From: Alphaproteobacteria bacterium
Lineage (GTDB): Bacteria; Pseudomonadota; Alphaproteobacteria; MPNO01; UBA830
DNA length: 64,000 nt
Assembly (NCBI GenBank): GCA_965243135.1
Contig: OZ251539.1
Span: 2,624,001-2,688,000, forward strand
Direction: 5' to 3'
Shown here: positions 20,433-30,516 of the stretch, piece by piece
Numbering within the stretch: the first letter of the stretch is position 1
How the letters are laid out: the number at the start of each line of letters is the position of its first letter
Notes under the pieces: model-generated
Database searches by the model: none
The model's input: only the letters and a program-made list of their open reading frames with translations
Told to the model about the DNA's origin: nothing
Made by a program: the position numbers and the translations under genes

Positions 20433-21540
20433 CCTGCTGTGCCCGCGCCTTCGAAAGAGGGGCGACCGCCAAAATGGTTCTTCTCCCATAGTTCGCCAAG
20501 ACTATGATCGGTCAACCATTCCTCCAGCTCTTCGGATTTCAGCCTGCGAAGCTCCGTCCGTCCATCTACGCGTTCCGCCACGAGCACGTCTTCCGGGCCG
20601 AAACGATCCAGAAGCCGCGAGGATTGGGTGGCGAATACGATCGTCAACGGAAGCCTGCTTGACGAGCGACGAAAAATTCGAGAGCGCAAAGGGATGCAGC
20701 CCCAACTCCGGTTCGTCCATGAGGATGACCGAAGGCCGGAGCGATTTCGGCTGGAGCAGCAGCGTCGCCAGCGCGATGAACCGAAGAGAACCGTCCGAAA
20801 GGGACGAGGCGTCAAAATATGCCTCCGTTCCTCGATGTTTCCACTCCAAGCGAATCTTGTCCTGGGCCGTCGGCTCAAGCATGAAATCGTCGAAAAACGG
20901 CGCCACCAAACGGACGATACGCTGAATAAGGCTATACGATTCCTCGTGCGTCTGACGCAGAAAATACAGAAACGCCGCCAGATTGGAGCCGTCGGAGCGC
21001 AGATAGAGATTGTCGTTTACATCGACCGCCTTCTTCATTGGCGACGCCGGGCCGGTGTCGTGAAAATGGTAGCGGCGCCAACGACCCAGATGTTCCCGAA
21101 CGTGTTGAGAGATCCCCTTGTTATCGGGATTGCTGATACCCGCTTCGCCGTCCCGCCCCGAAAGCCTGTTCTCATCAGGGCGGGGATGTTTCTTGTTCCG
21201 GAAGTACGCGAATTCCTCCGACGGAAAGAGCCCGTCGCCGTCATCCGCCGTCAGATTGATTGCATACTGCTTCACCTGATCGTCGAATGAAACGTGAATC
21301 TTCATGCTGGAAGTCGTTCGCGCACCGAGATGCAAAACCCGGTCGGCACCGCCGGCCTTTCCAACGTAGCGCCGAAGCTCGCCCGACCTTATTGCTTGGA
21401 GAAACGAAAAGGCTTCAATGAAGTTTGATTTCCCCGATCCGTTGGCGCCTAATCAATATATTGATCGGGCCAAGCGACTGCTTCTCGATGGAAGCGATGC
21501 TCTTGAAGCCTTTGGCGGTGATCCAGTCCAACGTCGCCAT
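20429..21540 (-). pseudogene. ABC/SMC-type ATPase (COG4637/AAA_21-like), two frameshifts
   Basis: MATLDWITAKGFKSI..PINILI, then a +1 shift near 21451 before GANGSGKSN. LSDGSLRF and ILMDEPELGLHP follow, then a second shift near 20645 before ATQS..SLGELWEKN. Confidence 0.85.
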
Positions 21541-21794
21541 AATTCCAGAAACCTCGCTTCTCGCTTCCGATGTAGTCGATCTATCCAAGCCTTATATAGG
21601 GTTTGTTTCGACGCAATTTTTGCCTAAATAGACCACAAAAATATCCGTCGTTACTTACCAAAAAAAGCCAAAAAACTCGCCATCATCATCGGGATATACC
21701 ACAGTTTTTTCACCCTATTTCCGGTTTCATAACCAAGAATTATATATCAACGATCTGTTGCTAAAGACGTTCATATAGATGTAGAAACTGGCGT

Positions 21795-23663
21795 TCATGC
21801 GGCGGCTTCCAATTCAGCGATCTCGTCGTCTCCGATCTCGACATCGCGCTCCTCTTCATCAGTTCCGGGCTCCGCAACAACCGGTTTGTCCATCGCTTCG
21901 GCAACGATTTCTGACAGCTCCTGTATGCGAGCTTTGAAGAAGGCTTCGAAGTCATCTTTGCGCAGGTGCTCCGGTTCGATGAGATGAGAACGGAGAATGT
22001 CGTCCAGCGCAGCGGACGATACGTTTTCCTGTTGCTCAATGCGCTTGAGGTATATAGAGGGTGCATCCCCACCGATCGAGCTATTCGATGCCCTGGATAA
22101 CGGGGTCTTGTTGATGATGGAGTTGAAGTCAGCAGGTGGAATGTCGTGCCTCTTGCACCATGCCTGTGGAAAGATGTGGTGAATATCTATCTGGTCGTTG
22201 AAGAAGGTCATGATATCCGTGGGCCGACTCGTCTTGAAGTCGAGGCAGCCGCGGCGCATCAGCAACGCGTGAATGCCCTTGTATGCCGCAGAGAGGCGGA
22301 TGCGGAGCGAACGAAAGCGTTCCTGCTGGAACACCGCCTCATCAAGTGCGCGAGGCTTGGGGCCCTGATCCCTGATCCAATCCACGAGTTCGGGAACGTC
22401 TCTGGCGAGACGAGACTCGGTGCTGGAGCCGAAGAGCTCGCCAAGGGTGACCGACCAGAACCAACGGGCGATCTTTTCCTTTGCCGTTATAGTTTGAGCC
22501 TCTTTGCCAAGGATAGCGAAGATTGAAGCGAGGCCGACTATCAGGGGCGGATACGGTACATCTTTGTGCCAGATAATCTTGTGCTCGTTGAGAAAGATAG
22601 CAGCCTCGATAAATCCGGCCTCAACGGCGTCCGAGTGAGTTTGGTATCCGTCAAGCGGAAGCGCCAACAACGCATCGCGCTTGCAGCTGATCTGCGGAAG
22701 TTCCCTCCCCTCGACCCCATCATCAACGCAGGCAAGGCGGCGTTGCCTTGTGTGAAGCAGTGTACAGGCTTGGAGGAAGTCAGTGCTTGCCACTCGCGAA
22801 AGTACATCACGCGGATACGGAGAGCCAATGATCCGTTCTTTTCGTCCATCACGGGACTTGTCCGCAAGGCCGTTCCAGTCGCGTCGGAGGTCAAAGTTGT
22901 CCGCAGCGAAGATCGCGGTCAGGAGTTCGAACGCATCAAGCTTCTTACCGCCGACGTTGACCTTCTCGAAGACCAGACAGATCGCTTCCCGGCCGTTTTC
23001 TCGGTCGAGCTGTATGAGCGGCATTTCGTACCGTGCAATTCGATCGAGGATGTCTTGGTGGAATTTTTTCTCAAGTTCATAAACGTCCTCTTTTCTCTCC
23101 CTCCAGTAATCCCGCCATCCATAGAACCAATCTCTATCATCAAAAGTTTTATTCAACGGAAACATGTGCTGCTCATATTCCTTCTCCGGCATGGATAGAT
23201 CGAGATCAATTATACGCCCGAACTGCTTTCGCTGCATCCGATCCGCAGGTACGCCAATGACCGCGTCTTCGATATCCGCGCCGATTCTCAACGCCTTCTT
23301 GATATCCAAATAGTAAAACCGACTCACCTCGGTTCCGCGGGGGCTTCGCGTTCGAACGGGTTGGTCGGCGAAAACGGACTGGTAGAGTGACGTGATTCGC
23401 TGCTGGCCATCAAGCAACAATTCCTCCGGATTAGTATTCTGGGACGGTACGCCAGCGAGAAGACGGGGCTTGAACCGAACCTCGCCTCCAGTCTGGAGTG
23501 TCAACAACGCCCCGACTGGGAAGCCTTTAGCCACGGAGGCGATCAAGCTGCGCACATCCTCGTCTCCCCAAACGTAGTCCCTCTGAAAATCAGGAAGCTG
23601 AAGACGACCTTTATGGGCGCGCCGGAGGAGATCCTTGAGACCCTTCTTCGTGCTATCAAACAT
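21795..23663 (-). CDS. DUF262 + C-terminal HNH protein (GmrSD-like modification-dependent restriction candidate)
   Basis: PDFQRDYVW, LLDGQQR and FEKVN. C-terminal DIHHIFP...NKTPL..SN..IG. Visibly lower GC than the backbone. Confidence 0.85.
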   Translation of the reverse strand: MFDSTKKGLKDLLRRAHKGRLQLPDFQRDYVWGDEDVRSLIASVAKGFPVGALLTLQTGGEVRFKPRLLAGVPSQNTNPEELLLDGQQRITSLYQSVFADQPVRTRSPRGTEVSRFYYLDIKKALRIGADIEDAVIGVPADRMQRKQFGRIIDLDLSMPEKEYEQHMFPLNKTFDDRDWFYGWRDYWRERKEDVYELEKKFHQDILDRIARYEMPLIQLDRENGREAICLVFEKVNVGGKKLDAFELLTAIFAADNFDLRRDWNGLADKSRDGRKERIIGSPYPRDVLSRVASTDFLQACTLLHTRQRRLACVDDGVEGRELPQISCKRDALLALPLDGYQTHSDAVEAGFIEAAIFLNEHKIIWHKDVPYPPLIVGLASIFAILGKEAQTITAKEKIARWFWSVTLGELFGSSTESRLARDVPELVDWIRDQGPKPRALDEAVFQQERFRSLRIRLSAAYKGIHALLMRRGCLDFKTSRPTDIMTFFNDQIDIHHIFPQAWCKRHDIPPADFNSIINKTPLSRASNSSIGGDAPSIYLKRIEQQENVSSAALDDILRSHLIEPEHLRKDDFEAFFKARIQELSEIVAEAMDKPVVAEPGTDEEERDVEIGDDEIAELEAAA

Positions 23664-24002
23664 CAGGTTGCACTCCTTTCAGCAAGCCAAGGCTTGTCGA
23701 ATTTAGTCTCCATCTCGCAACAGGTCACGCGCAGGATCGAGCCTCTGTTCGCCCGCGTCCAGGCGATCGAGGAATGGAACGAGATCTCGAAATCGTTGGC
23801 TGAACCACGGCACCATTGTTCGTCTGAATTGAATAGCTATTTCGCTGCTAAAGCAAGTTAACGCTATGGGGGCGTTCGCGCTGTGCCGTTTTTCGTCGGC
23901 TGCCCGTCCGGCCGGCGGCAGTTGGCAGCACGAATTTCCGCGCAGCGAGCGGCAGCCGCAAGAGGGCTGGCCGGCGAACCCCGGCGTCGAAGCGGAGTGC
24001 CG

Positions 24003-24419
24003 CTATTCCGCCGCCTCGGCCGGCGGCTCCTTCCGGTGCTCGACGAAAGTCTCGAGCAGGTCGAACTTGCCCTCGACGCGTGCCACGCGCTCGCTCAACT
24101 CCCGGAATTGCTCGTTCATCTGCCGGAATTGCTCGTTCATCTGATCGGTCAGCTGCCGGAACCGTTCGTTCGTCTGCCGGAATTGCTCGTTCATCTGATC
24201 GGTCAGCTGCCGGAACCGTTCGTTCGTTTGGTCAGCCAACTGCCCGAGCCGGTCATCCGTCCGCCGGTCCCGTTCGTCCATGCGCAGGGCAAGGGCGTCG
24301 ATCCGGCGGTCGAGCCGGCGGCCCTGCTGAAGAACCAGCCTGATAACGGCGATGCCGCCGCCAAGCATGGTGGCGCCGACGCCGAGAATGGCGATGAGTT
24401 CGGAAGAGAACTGTTCCAT
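24003..24419 (-). CDS. Membrane-anchored coiled-coil protein with internal repeats
   Basis: ATG 24419. N-terminal hydrophobic helix followed by TNERFRQ/LTDQ/MNEQFRQ repeats. Confidence 0.75.
   Translation of the reverse strand: MEQFSSELIAILGVGATMLGGGIAVIRLVLQQGRRLDRRIDALALRMDERDRRTDDRLGQLADQTNERFRQLTDQMNEQFRQTNERFRQLTDQMNEQFRQMNEQFRELSERVARVEGKFDLLETFVEHRKEPPAEAAE
24102..24230. repeat. Intragenic tandem repeat (54-bp unit x2 plus 21-bp subunit)
   Basis: ccggaattgctcgttcatctgatcggtcagctgccggaaccgttcgttcgt at 24123 and 24177. The 21-bp subunit also occurs at 24102. Confidence 0.9.
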
Positions 24420-24922
24420 AAGATGCTCCCGCGAATTCGGAAAGACGAACGTATGCGAAATGTTCGCGCCGCGCAACATTCCTGTCGGCCGCCGTTCGGT
24501 CGGCGGCGTGGCGCGAATTTCCGCGCCGTCCCCCCGTCCGCTGCGCCGAAGCCGGGGGAAAGCCGGACAACGTCTCGACCCCCGGAACTCCGAAGCACGG
24601 CCAGCCGCCGCAGGACCGCGACCTTGCGTCCCTTGAGAAGAAGACCGGCTTTCTCCGCACGCGACGCCGCCTCGACCTTGCGGCGCAGGGGAGATTCGTT
24701 CCGCGTTCGGCCTTTCGTCGACGGTCTGGGCGGACGGCGACGGAATCCCGGAGAATTCTCCGCCGAAGCTTGCCATCCTCGCGGACGACGCAGAGCGGCG
24801 GTTCTCCGCAGCATGTTCTTCGCCCCGCGTCGGACCGCCTCGGCGCGCCGATCTGGAAGCGCGGAGCGGCATTTCCGCCGAAGAAAAGTGAGAGGGCGGC
24901 TCCGAAGCTGGAAACGAGCCCA

Positions 24923-25639
24923 TCAGCTCGCTCGCTCGCCTATCTCCCTTTCGGCCTGAGAAAGCGCGGCGGGCGTGCCGACATGATGCCAGCCGCCGTC
25001 ATGGGCGAGTCCGAACAGACGACCGGCGGCGGCGGCGCGATCCCACAAGACGTTTATGGAATAGGCGCCGCCCGGCGCGCCATCGAACAACCGCGGGTGA
25101 ACGATCTGGACGCCCGAAAAAACGAACGGCGCGGCGCCGCCCGGCGCGCGCCGCGCAAGTCTTCCGGAAACGTCCATCGAGAAGTCCCCCGTACCGTCGT
25201 ACCCGCTCGCCCGTCCGACGGGCACCGCCAGCAGAAGCGCGTCCATGTCTTTCTCGCGCCACGCTTCCCCAAGCCGGACAAGCGCCGGAACCGGACCGTC
25301 GGTCCAGACGACGTCCGCGTTGACGACGAAGAACGGCCGCCCGCCGAATCGCTCCAGGGCCGCGGCGATGCCGCCGCCCGTCTCGAGCAGAACCTCCTCC
25401 CTCGACAACGCGATGTCTGGCCGGACGCGAGCGGCCAGATGCGCCTCCACCTGTTCCGCCAGCCAGTGGACATTGACGACAGCGGCGGTCACTCCGGCGT
25501 CCGCCAAACTGTCGAGCGCGCGGTCCAGCATCGTTCTGCCGGCGACCGCGATCAGCGGCTTGGGCGTCCGTTCGGTAAGCGGCTTCATGCGGCGGCCGAG
25601 ACCGGCCGCCAGAACCATCGCGCGATCAAGCCGCTTCAT
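24923..25639 (-). CDS. murU: Nucleotidyltransferase (MurU-like)
   Basis: AMVLAAGLGRRMKPLT..PKPL and LETGGG. Adjacent to amgK and tsaE. Confidence 0.85.
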   Translation of the reverse strand: MKRLDRAMVLAAGLGRRMKPLTERTPKPLIAVAGRTMLDRALDSLADAGVTAAVVNVHWLAEQVEAHLAARVRPDIALSREEVLLETGGGIAAALERFGGRPFFVVNADVVWTDGPVPALVRLGEAWREKDMDALLLAVPVGRASGYDGTGDFSMDVSGRLARRAPGGAAPFVFSGVQIVHPRLFDGAPGGAYSINVLWDRAAAAGRLFGLAHDGGWHHVGTPAALSQAEREIGERAS

Positions 25640-26622
25640 GGCGTCATTCCGCGATCCGCCGACGCGTGGCGGGCGAGCCAGTCGCGCAGCGAATCGAGCG
25701 CGGGGTGGACGAGCGCGGCTTCGAGCAGCCGCCGCAACCGCGGAACGTGGACGAGATATCCCCCCTTGCCGTCGCGGTCACGGAGGCGGGTGAATATGCC
25801 GAGCACCTTGCAGTGCCGCTGCGCTCCGAGAACGGCGCACGAAAGGTCGAACGCGGCGGCATCGAGATCCGGAAACGCCGACAGATAGCGCTCCCTCGCC
25901 GCCGCCTTGACCTTCGGCGCCACGTCGCGGCGGGCGTCCTCGACGAGCGACACGAAGTCGTAGCTCGCCGGTCCCGCGACCGCGTCCTGGAAATCCAGCA
26001 GGCCGCAGGCCGCCGCCCCGCTCCTTCCCTCAAGCGACATCAGGTTGTCGACGTGAAAATCCCGCAACACGAGCGCCTCCGGCACGCGCCGGGCTTCCGG
26101 CAGCAACGCCCTCCAGATTCGCAGGTATTCGTCCACGGCGGCGTCCGGCACCGGCCGTCCCGTCGCCGCAGGCAGGTACCAGTCGGTAAAGTGTCCGGCC
26201 TCCTCCAGCAACAAATCGTCGGTATAGCGCGGCACGTCGGCAGGCGCGGCCCGGCCATGCAAACGGATCAACACGTCGACCGCCAGCGCGTAGAGTTCGC
26301 CGGGGTCGGCGCCGCCGTCCAGCATCCGGGCGAACGTCCGATCCCCAAAATCCTCCAGCAACGCGAAGCCGTTCTTCGCGTCCGCCGCCAGGATCGCGGG
26401 CGCGCTGAAGCCGCCAGCGCGAAGCAGGCGGGCGATGCGGAGGAAAGGGCGAACGTCCTCCCGATCCGGCGGCGCGTCCATCAGGACGGCGCGGCGGTCG
26501 CGGAGGCTGAGCCTGTCGTAGCGCCGGAACGACGCGTCGGCGGCGAGAGGCTCGCGCCGCGACTCCGCCCAACCCGACGCCGCGAGGAAAGCGCCGATCG
26601 CGTCTTCGCGTCTCCTATCCAT
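25636..26622 (-). CDS. amgK: Aminoglycoside phosphotransferase family, AmgK-like MurNAc/GlcNAc kinase
   Basis: DASFRRY, MDAPP, LEDFG, RDFHVDNL and LDFQDA. Confidence 0.85.
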   Translation of the reverse strand: MDRRREDAIGAFLAASGWAESRREPLAADASFRRYDRLSLRDRRAVLMDAPPDREDVRPFLRIARLLRAGGFSAPAILAADAKNGFALLEDFGDRTFARMLDGGADPGELYALAVDVLIRLHGRAAPADVPRYTDDLLLEEAGHFTDWYLPAATGRPVPDAAVDEYLRIWRALLPEARRVPEALVLRDFHVDNLMSLEGRSGAAACGLLDFQDAVAGPASYDFVSLVEDARRDVAPKVKAAARERYLSAFPDLDAAAFDLSCAVLGAQRHCKVLGIFTRLRDRDGKGGYLVHVPRLRRLLEAALVHPALDSLRDWLARHASADRGMTP

Positions 26623-27103
26623 GCCGTAGGCCTGCAATGCGGGCGACGCGTTCGTTTTCGCTCGCGCCGAACTCCAGCCGGACGCGCATGCAGGCGGCGG
26701 GAAGCAGGCTTTCGATCCTCTCCGCCCACTCCACCACGCAGATCCCTTCGAGAAACGCATCCTCGATCGCCAGTTCGATCGCCTCGCCGGCCGACGACAG
26801 TCTGTAAAGGTCGTAGTGATGAACCGCGAAGTCCGGCAACTCGTACGGCTGCACGAGCGTATAGGTGGGACTCGGCACCTCGCCGATTTCGCGACCGAAA
26901 GCCGCGCCGAGCGCCCGGATCAGCGCCCGGGCGAAGACCGTCTTCCCGGAACCGAGATCGCCGAACAGCGCGACCACGTCGCCGCGCCCCAAGGTGCCGG
27001 CGATATCCGCGGCGAGCGCTTCCGTCGCCTGCGGACCGTCGAGGACGACCGTCAGGGCGCCGTCAGTACCGGTAGTAATCGGGCTTGAACGGACCGGCGG
27101 CAT
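26615..27103 (-). CDS. tsaE: tRNA threonylcarbamoyladenosine biosynthesis ATPase TsaE (start uncertain)
   Basis: [22 protein letters not shown] and VEWAE. Confidence 0.93.
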   Translation of the reverse strand: MPPVRSSPITTGTDGALTVVLDGPQATEALAADIAGTLGRGDVVALFGDLGSGKTVFARALIRALGAAFGREIGEVPSPTYTLVQPYELPDFAVHHYDLYRLSSAGEAIELAIEDAFLEGICVVEWAERIESLLPAACMRVRLEFGASENERVARIAGLRHG

Positions 27104-28361
27104 CGAGTCCGAGATACTCCGCCTGCTCCGAGGTCAACGTCGTGAGGCGAGCCCCCAATTTGTCGAGATGCAGGGCCGCGACCTCCTCGTCGAGCCGCTT
27201 GGGCAGGACGTAGACCTTCCTTTCGCCGTATTCCGATCCGCGCTCCCAGAGTTCGATCTGCGCCAGAACCTGGTTGGTGAAGGAAGCGCTCATCACGAAA
27301 CTCGGATGCCCGGTCGCGCAGCCGAGATTGACGAGGCGGCCTTCGGCGAGAACGATCAGCCTCTTGCCGTCCGGGAACACGACCTCGTCGACCTGCGGCT
27401 TCACGTTTTCCCAGCGATAGTTGCGCAGCGCCTCTATCTGCACCTCGCTGTCGAAGTGGCCGATGTTGCAGACGATCGCCCGATCCTTCATGCGGCGCAT
27501 ATGATCGATGGTGACGACGTCTATGTTTCCGGTGGCGGTGACGAAGATGTCGGCGACCGGCGCCGCGAGATCCATGGTCACGACTTCGTAGCCTTCCATC
27601 GACGCCTGAAGCGCGCAAATGGGATCGATCTCCGTTATCATCACGCGAGCGCCCTGCGCGCGCAAGCTAGCGGCCGAACCCTTGCCGACGTCGCCGTATC
27701 CCGCGACCACGGCGATCTTGCCGGCGACCATGGTGTCGGTCGCCCGCTTGATGCCGTCGACCAGACTCTCGCGGCACCCGTAAAGATTGTCGAACTTGGA
27801 CTTGGTGACGGAATCGTTGACGTTGATAGCGGGAACCAGCAACTCGCCGTTGCGCTCCATCTCGTAGAGGCGATGCACGCCGGTCGTGGTCTCTTCTGAC
27901 AGTCCCTTCACGTCCTTCATTAGTTCGGGGTAGTCTTCGTGCATCAATTTAGTGAGGTCGCCGCCGTCGTCGAGAAGCATGTTCGGGGTCCAGCCGTCGG
28001 GACCCCGAACGGTCCGGTGGATGCACCACCAGAAATCCTCTTCGGTCTCGCCCTTCCATGCGAACACCGGAACGCCGACGGCCGCGACGGCCGCCGCTGC
28101 CTGGTCCTGGGTCGAAAAGATGTTGCAAGAGCTCCAGCGCACGGTGGCGCCGAGCGCGGTCAGCGTTTCGATCAGGACGGCCGTTTGGATCGTCATATGG
28201 AGACAACCGGCGATTCTCGCGCCTTCGAGGGGCCGCGAGCCTCCGTATTTCTTGCGCAGCGAGATCAGGCCGGGCATCTCCGTCTCCGCTATCGCGATTT
28301 CCTTGCGGCCCCATTCCGCCAGCGACAGATCGGCAACCTTGCAGTCCTGGGACGTGTTCAT
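27063..28361 (-). CDS. ahcY: Adenosylhomocysteinase
   Basis: [37 protein letters not shown] and GHPSFVMS. Confidence 0.98.
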   Translation of the reverse strand: MNTSQDCKVADLSLAEWGRKEIAIAETEMPGLISLRKKYGGSRPLEGARIAGCLHMTIQTAVLIETLTALGATVRWSSCNIFSTQDQAAAAVAAVGVPVFAWKGETEEDFWWCIHRTVRGPDGWTPNMLLDDGGDLTKLMHEDYPELMKDVKGLSEETTTGVHRLYEMERNGELLVPAINVNDSVTKSKFDNLYGCRESLVDGIKRATDTMVAGKIAVVAGYGDVGKGSAASLRAQGARVMITEIDPICALQASMEGYEVVTMDLAAPVADIFVTATGNIDVVTIDHMRRMKDRAIVCNIGHFDSEVQIEALRNYRWENVKPQVDEVVFPDGKRLIVLAEGRLVNLGCATGHPSFVMSASFTNQVLAQIELWERGSEYGERKVYVLPKRLDEEVAALHLDKLGARLTTLTSEQAEYLGLDAAGPFKPDYYRY

Positions 28362-28789
28362 GCGGCGCTCCGGCGGACGCTGCGACTCGCGGGAAGGCGA
28401 GCCGCTTCCGGTCGAACGCCCGTATAGCAGGAACGGAAAGCGCTGGGCAACCAGCGATCTTCGGACGGAAAGAAGCGTCCGTCGCTACGGGGCCGGCCGC
28501 TTGCCGACAGCAGGCGGGCCGGGACTCCGGGCGGTCGACCGTCCACGCGACCTTCGCGAACGGCCGGACCGCGGGGACGCCGAACCCGGCAACCCGGCGC
28601 GGCGCGAACGCCGCTCTTGCGCTTTCGCCGCGCGTAAGCATACTACTTGTCCGAACCGTGCGAATCGCCGTAAACTGCATGCAGAATGGACGGCCCTGAG
28701 ACGAGAATGCGCCAGCGAAACGGAACAGCGAAGCCGGAAACGGCGAGTAACCCGCTTTTGTCCGCGCAGACACGAAACATGGACGGGAA

Positions 28790-29347
28790 ATGAGCGAAGA
28801 AAACACTCGGAAGAAATCCTCCTACAACGTGCGTCCTCAAGGAGACTTCGCCGACGACGCGCCGTCCCAAGTCCGCATATTCCCCAACGGCGCACGCTAT
28901 ATAGGCCAGATTCGCGACGGCAAGATGCATGGCTGGGGCCTCTTCATCGCCGACGACGGAACCCAGTACAAGGGCGAGTGGCGCGACGGCGTACGTGAGG
29001 GGCGCGGAACGATCGTCGAGCCCGACGGCGGACGCATGGAAGGAGAATGGCTCGAGGGAAAATTGCATGGCCGGGGAACCGTCGTCTTCTCCGACGGAGG
29101 GTATTACGAGGGCGATTGGCGCAACGGCAAGATGCATGGCAGCGGGACCATCGTATTCGCCGACGGCGAGAGCTACGAAGGCGGATGGCGCAACGGCAAG
29201 ATGCATGGCCACGGAACCGTCGTATTCGCCGACGGCGAACGCTTCCAGGGCGAGTGGTACATGGGCAAGCGCCGCGGCTGGGGCATCCATTTCGACGCCG
29301 ACGGCAAAACGCTCTGGAGCGGAGTGCGCAGAAAAACCGGGGCTTGA
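28790..29347 (+). CDS. MORN-repeat protein (about six 23-aa repeats)
   Basis: Repeated YEGxWxxGKMHGxGTxxFxDG. Confidence 0.9.
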   Translation: MSEENTRKKSSYNVRPQGDFADDAPSQVRIFPNGARYIGQIRDGKMHGWGLFIADDGTQYKGEWRDGVREGRGTIVEPDGGRMEGEWLEGKLHGRGTVVFSDGGYYEGDWRNGKMHGSGTIVFADGESYEGGWRNGKMHGHGTVVFADGERFQGEWYMGKRRGWGIHFDADGKTLWSGVRRKTGA

Positions 29348-29547
29348 GGCGCCGTCGCAAGCCGTCGAACGAAGCTGCCGCGCCGCTCGATTCCCCGACA
29401 TGCCGCTCGCGCCCGGCCGCCGGTTGCGCATACCGGCTCATCGGCGGAATTTCGGTGGCTGGCGGAAGCGGGTGCCGCCCGTCTTTCCCGAGAGCGGCCC
29501 CTCCCTGCAACGGCGGGCCGGCGGCGGACGCGCCCGGCCTCGGCGCG

Positions 29548-30429
29548 TCACGGCCTCCGGCCGCCCGGACGCAGATCCCGATGCGATAGATCGACCCGTT
29601 GCCCCTGCCCGCGCAGCCACGCCGCCAGGCGTTCGCCGACGTAAACCGACCTGTGACGGCCGCCCGTGCAGCCGACCGCTATGGTCAGATAGCTCTTCCC
29701 CTCAGCTTCGAATCGCGGCAGCAACGGCTCGAGCAGGGCCTTCAGATTGCCGAAGAATGCGGCGAAGCTGGGATCCTGCTCGATGAACGCGCCTACCTTT
29801 TCGTCGTTTCCGGTAAGCGGCCGAAGCGCTTCGCTGTAGTGCGGATTCCTGAGGAACCGGACGTCGAACACCAGATCCGCCTCGTGCGGAAGGCCGTGCC
29901 GGTAGGCGAAGGACGTCACGAAAACCGCAAGGCCCGGCGACCGGTCGAAAGCATGGTTCGCGGCAAGCAGGCGCCGAAGATTGGCCGCGGTCAGTTCCGT
30001 CGTATCGATAACTTCGTCCGCCCGTTCCCGAAGCGGCGACAGCATTCGGCGCTCATGAACGATGCTGTCGGCCGGCGGACGGTCGGGGGCGGCGGGATGC
30101 CGGCGGCGGGTTTCCGAAAAACGGCGCAACAACGCCGCGCCGTCGCAATCGAGAAACAGCACGCGCACCGCCAGGCGCGGATTGCCGATGAGGGAATCCA
30201 GTTCGTCCAGAAACGGGCGCACCCCGAAATCGCGAGTCCGCGCGTCGACCCCGATCGCGAGCGGCCGCAACTGTCCGGGTTGCACCAGGCTGGACAGCAG
30301 CGAAAGCGGCAGATTGTCGACCGCTTCGTAACCCATGTCCTCGAGAGCCTTCAATGCCGTCGACCGTCCGGCGCCCGACATGCCGGTGACGATAACGACC
30401 GGATTCGCCGCCGCAGTGTCGTCGCCCAT
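29548..30429 (-). CDS. rapZ: RNase adapter RapZ/YhbJ
   Basis: VTGMSGAGRS, VDNLP, ETRRRHP, DVRFLRNPHY and GCTGGRHRSV. Confidence 0.93.
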   Translation of the reverse strand: MGDDTAAANPVVIVTGMSGAGRSTALKALEDMGYEAVDNLPLSLLSSLVQPGQLRPLAIGVDARTRDFGVRPFLDELDSLIGNPRLAVRVLFLDCDGAALLRRFSETRRRHPAAPDRPPADSIVHERRMLSPLRERADEVIDTTELTAANLRRLLAANHAFDRSPGLAVFVTSFAYRHGLPHEADLVFDVRFLRNPHYSEALRPLTGNDEKVGAFIEQDPSFAAFFGNLKALLEPLLPRFEAEGKSYLTIAVGCTGGRHRSVYVGERLAAWLRGQGQRVDLSHRDLRPGGRRP

Positions 30430-30516
30430 CGGCTGATCCCCGCTTCCGCTGCGCGCCGCGCCAAGCGGGTCATGATCGGGAATGCGCCGGCCCATGGCAA
30501 CCTCCGGGGACGCGCC

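Noticed and set aside
24102-24230. Possible CRISPR array
   Set aside because: The repeats are contiguous, in-frame and coding, with no unique spacers. No CRISPR array was seen anywhere in the window.
28362-28520. SAH riboswitch upstream of ahcY
   Set aside because: The GCTGCGAC/GGCGCTC-like words are on the wrong strand and in the wrong order. The leader after the likely -10 box is short.
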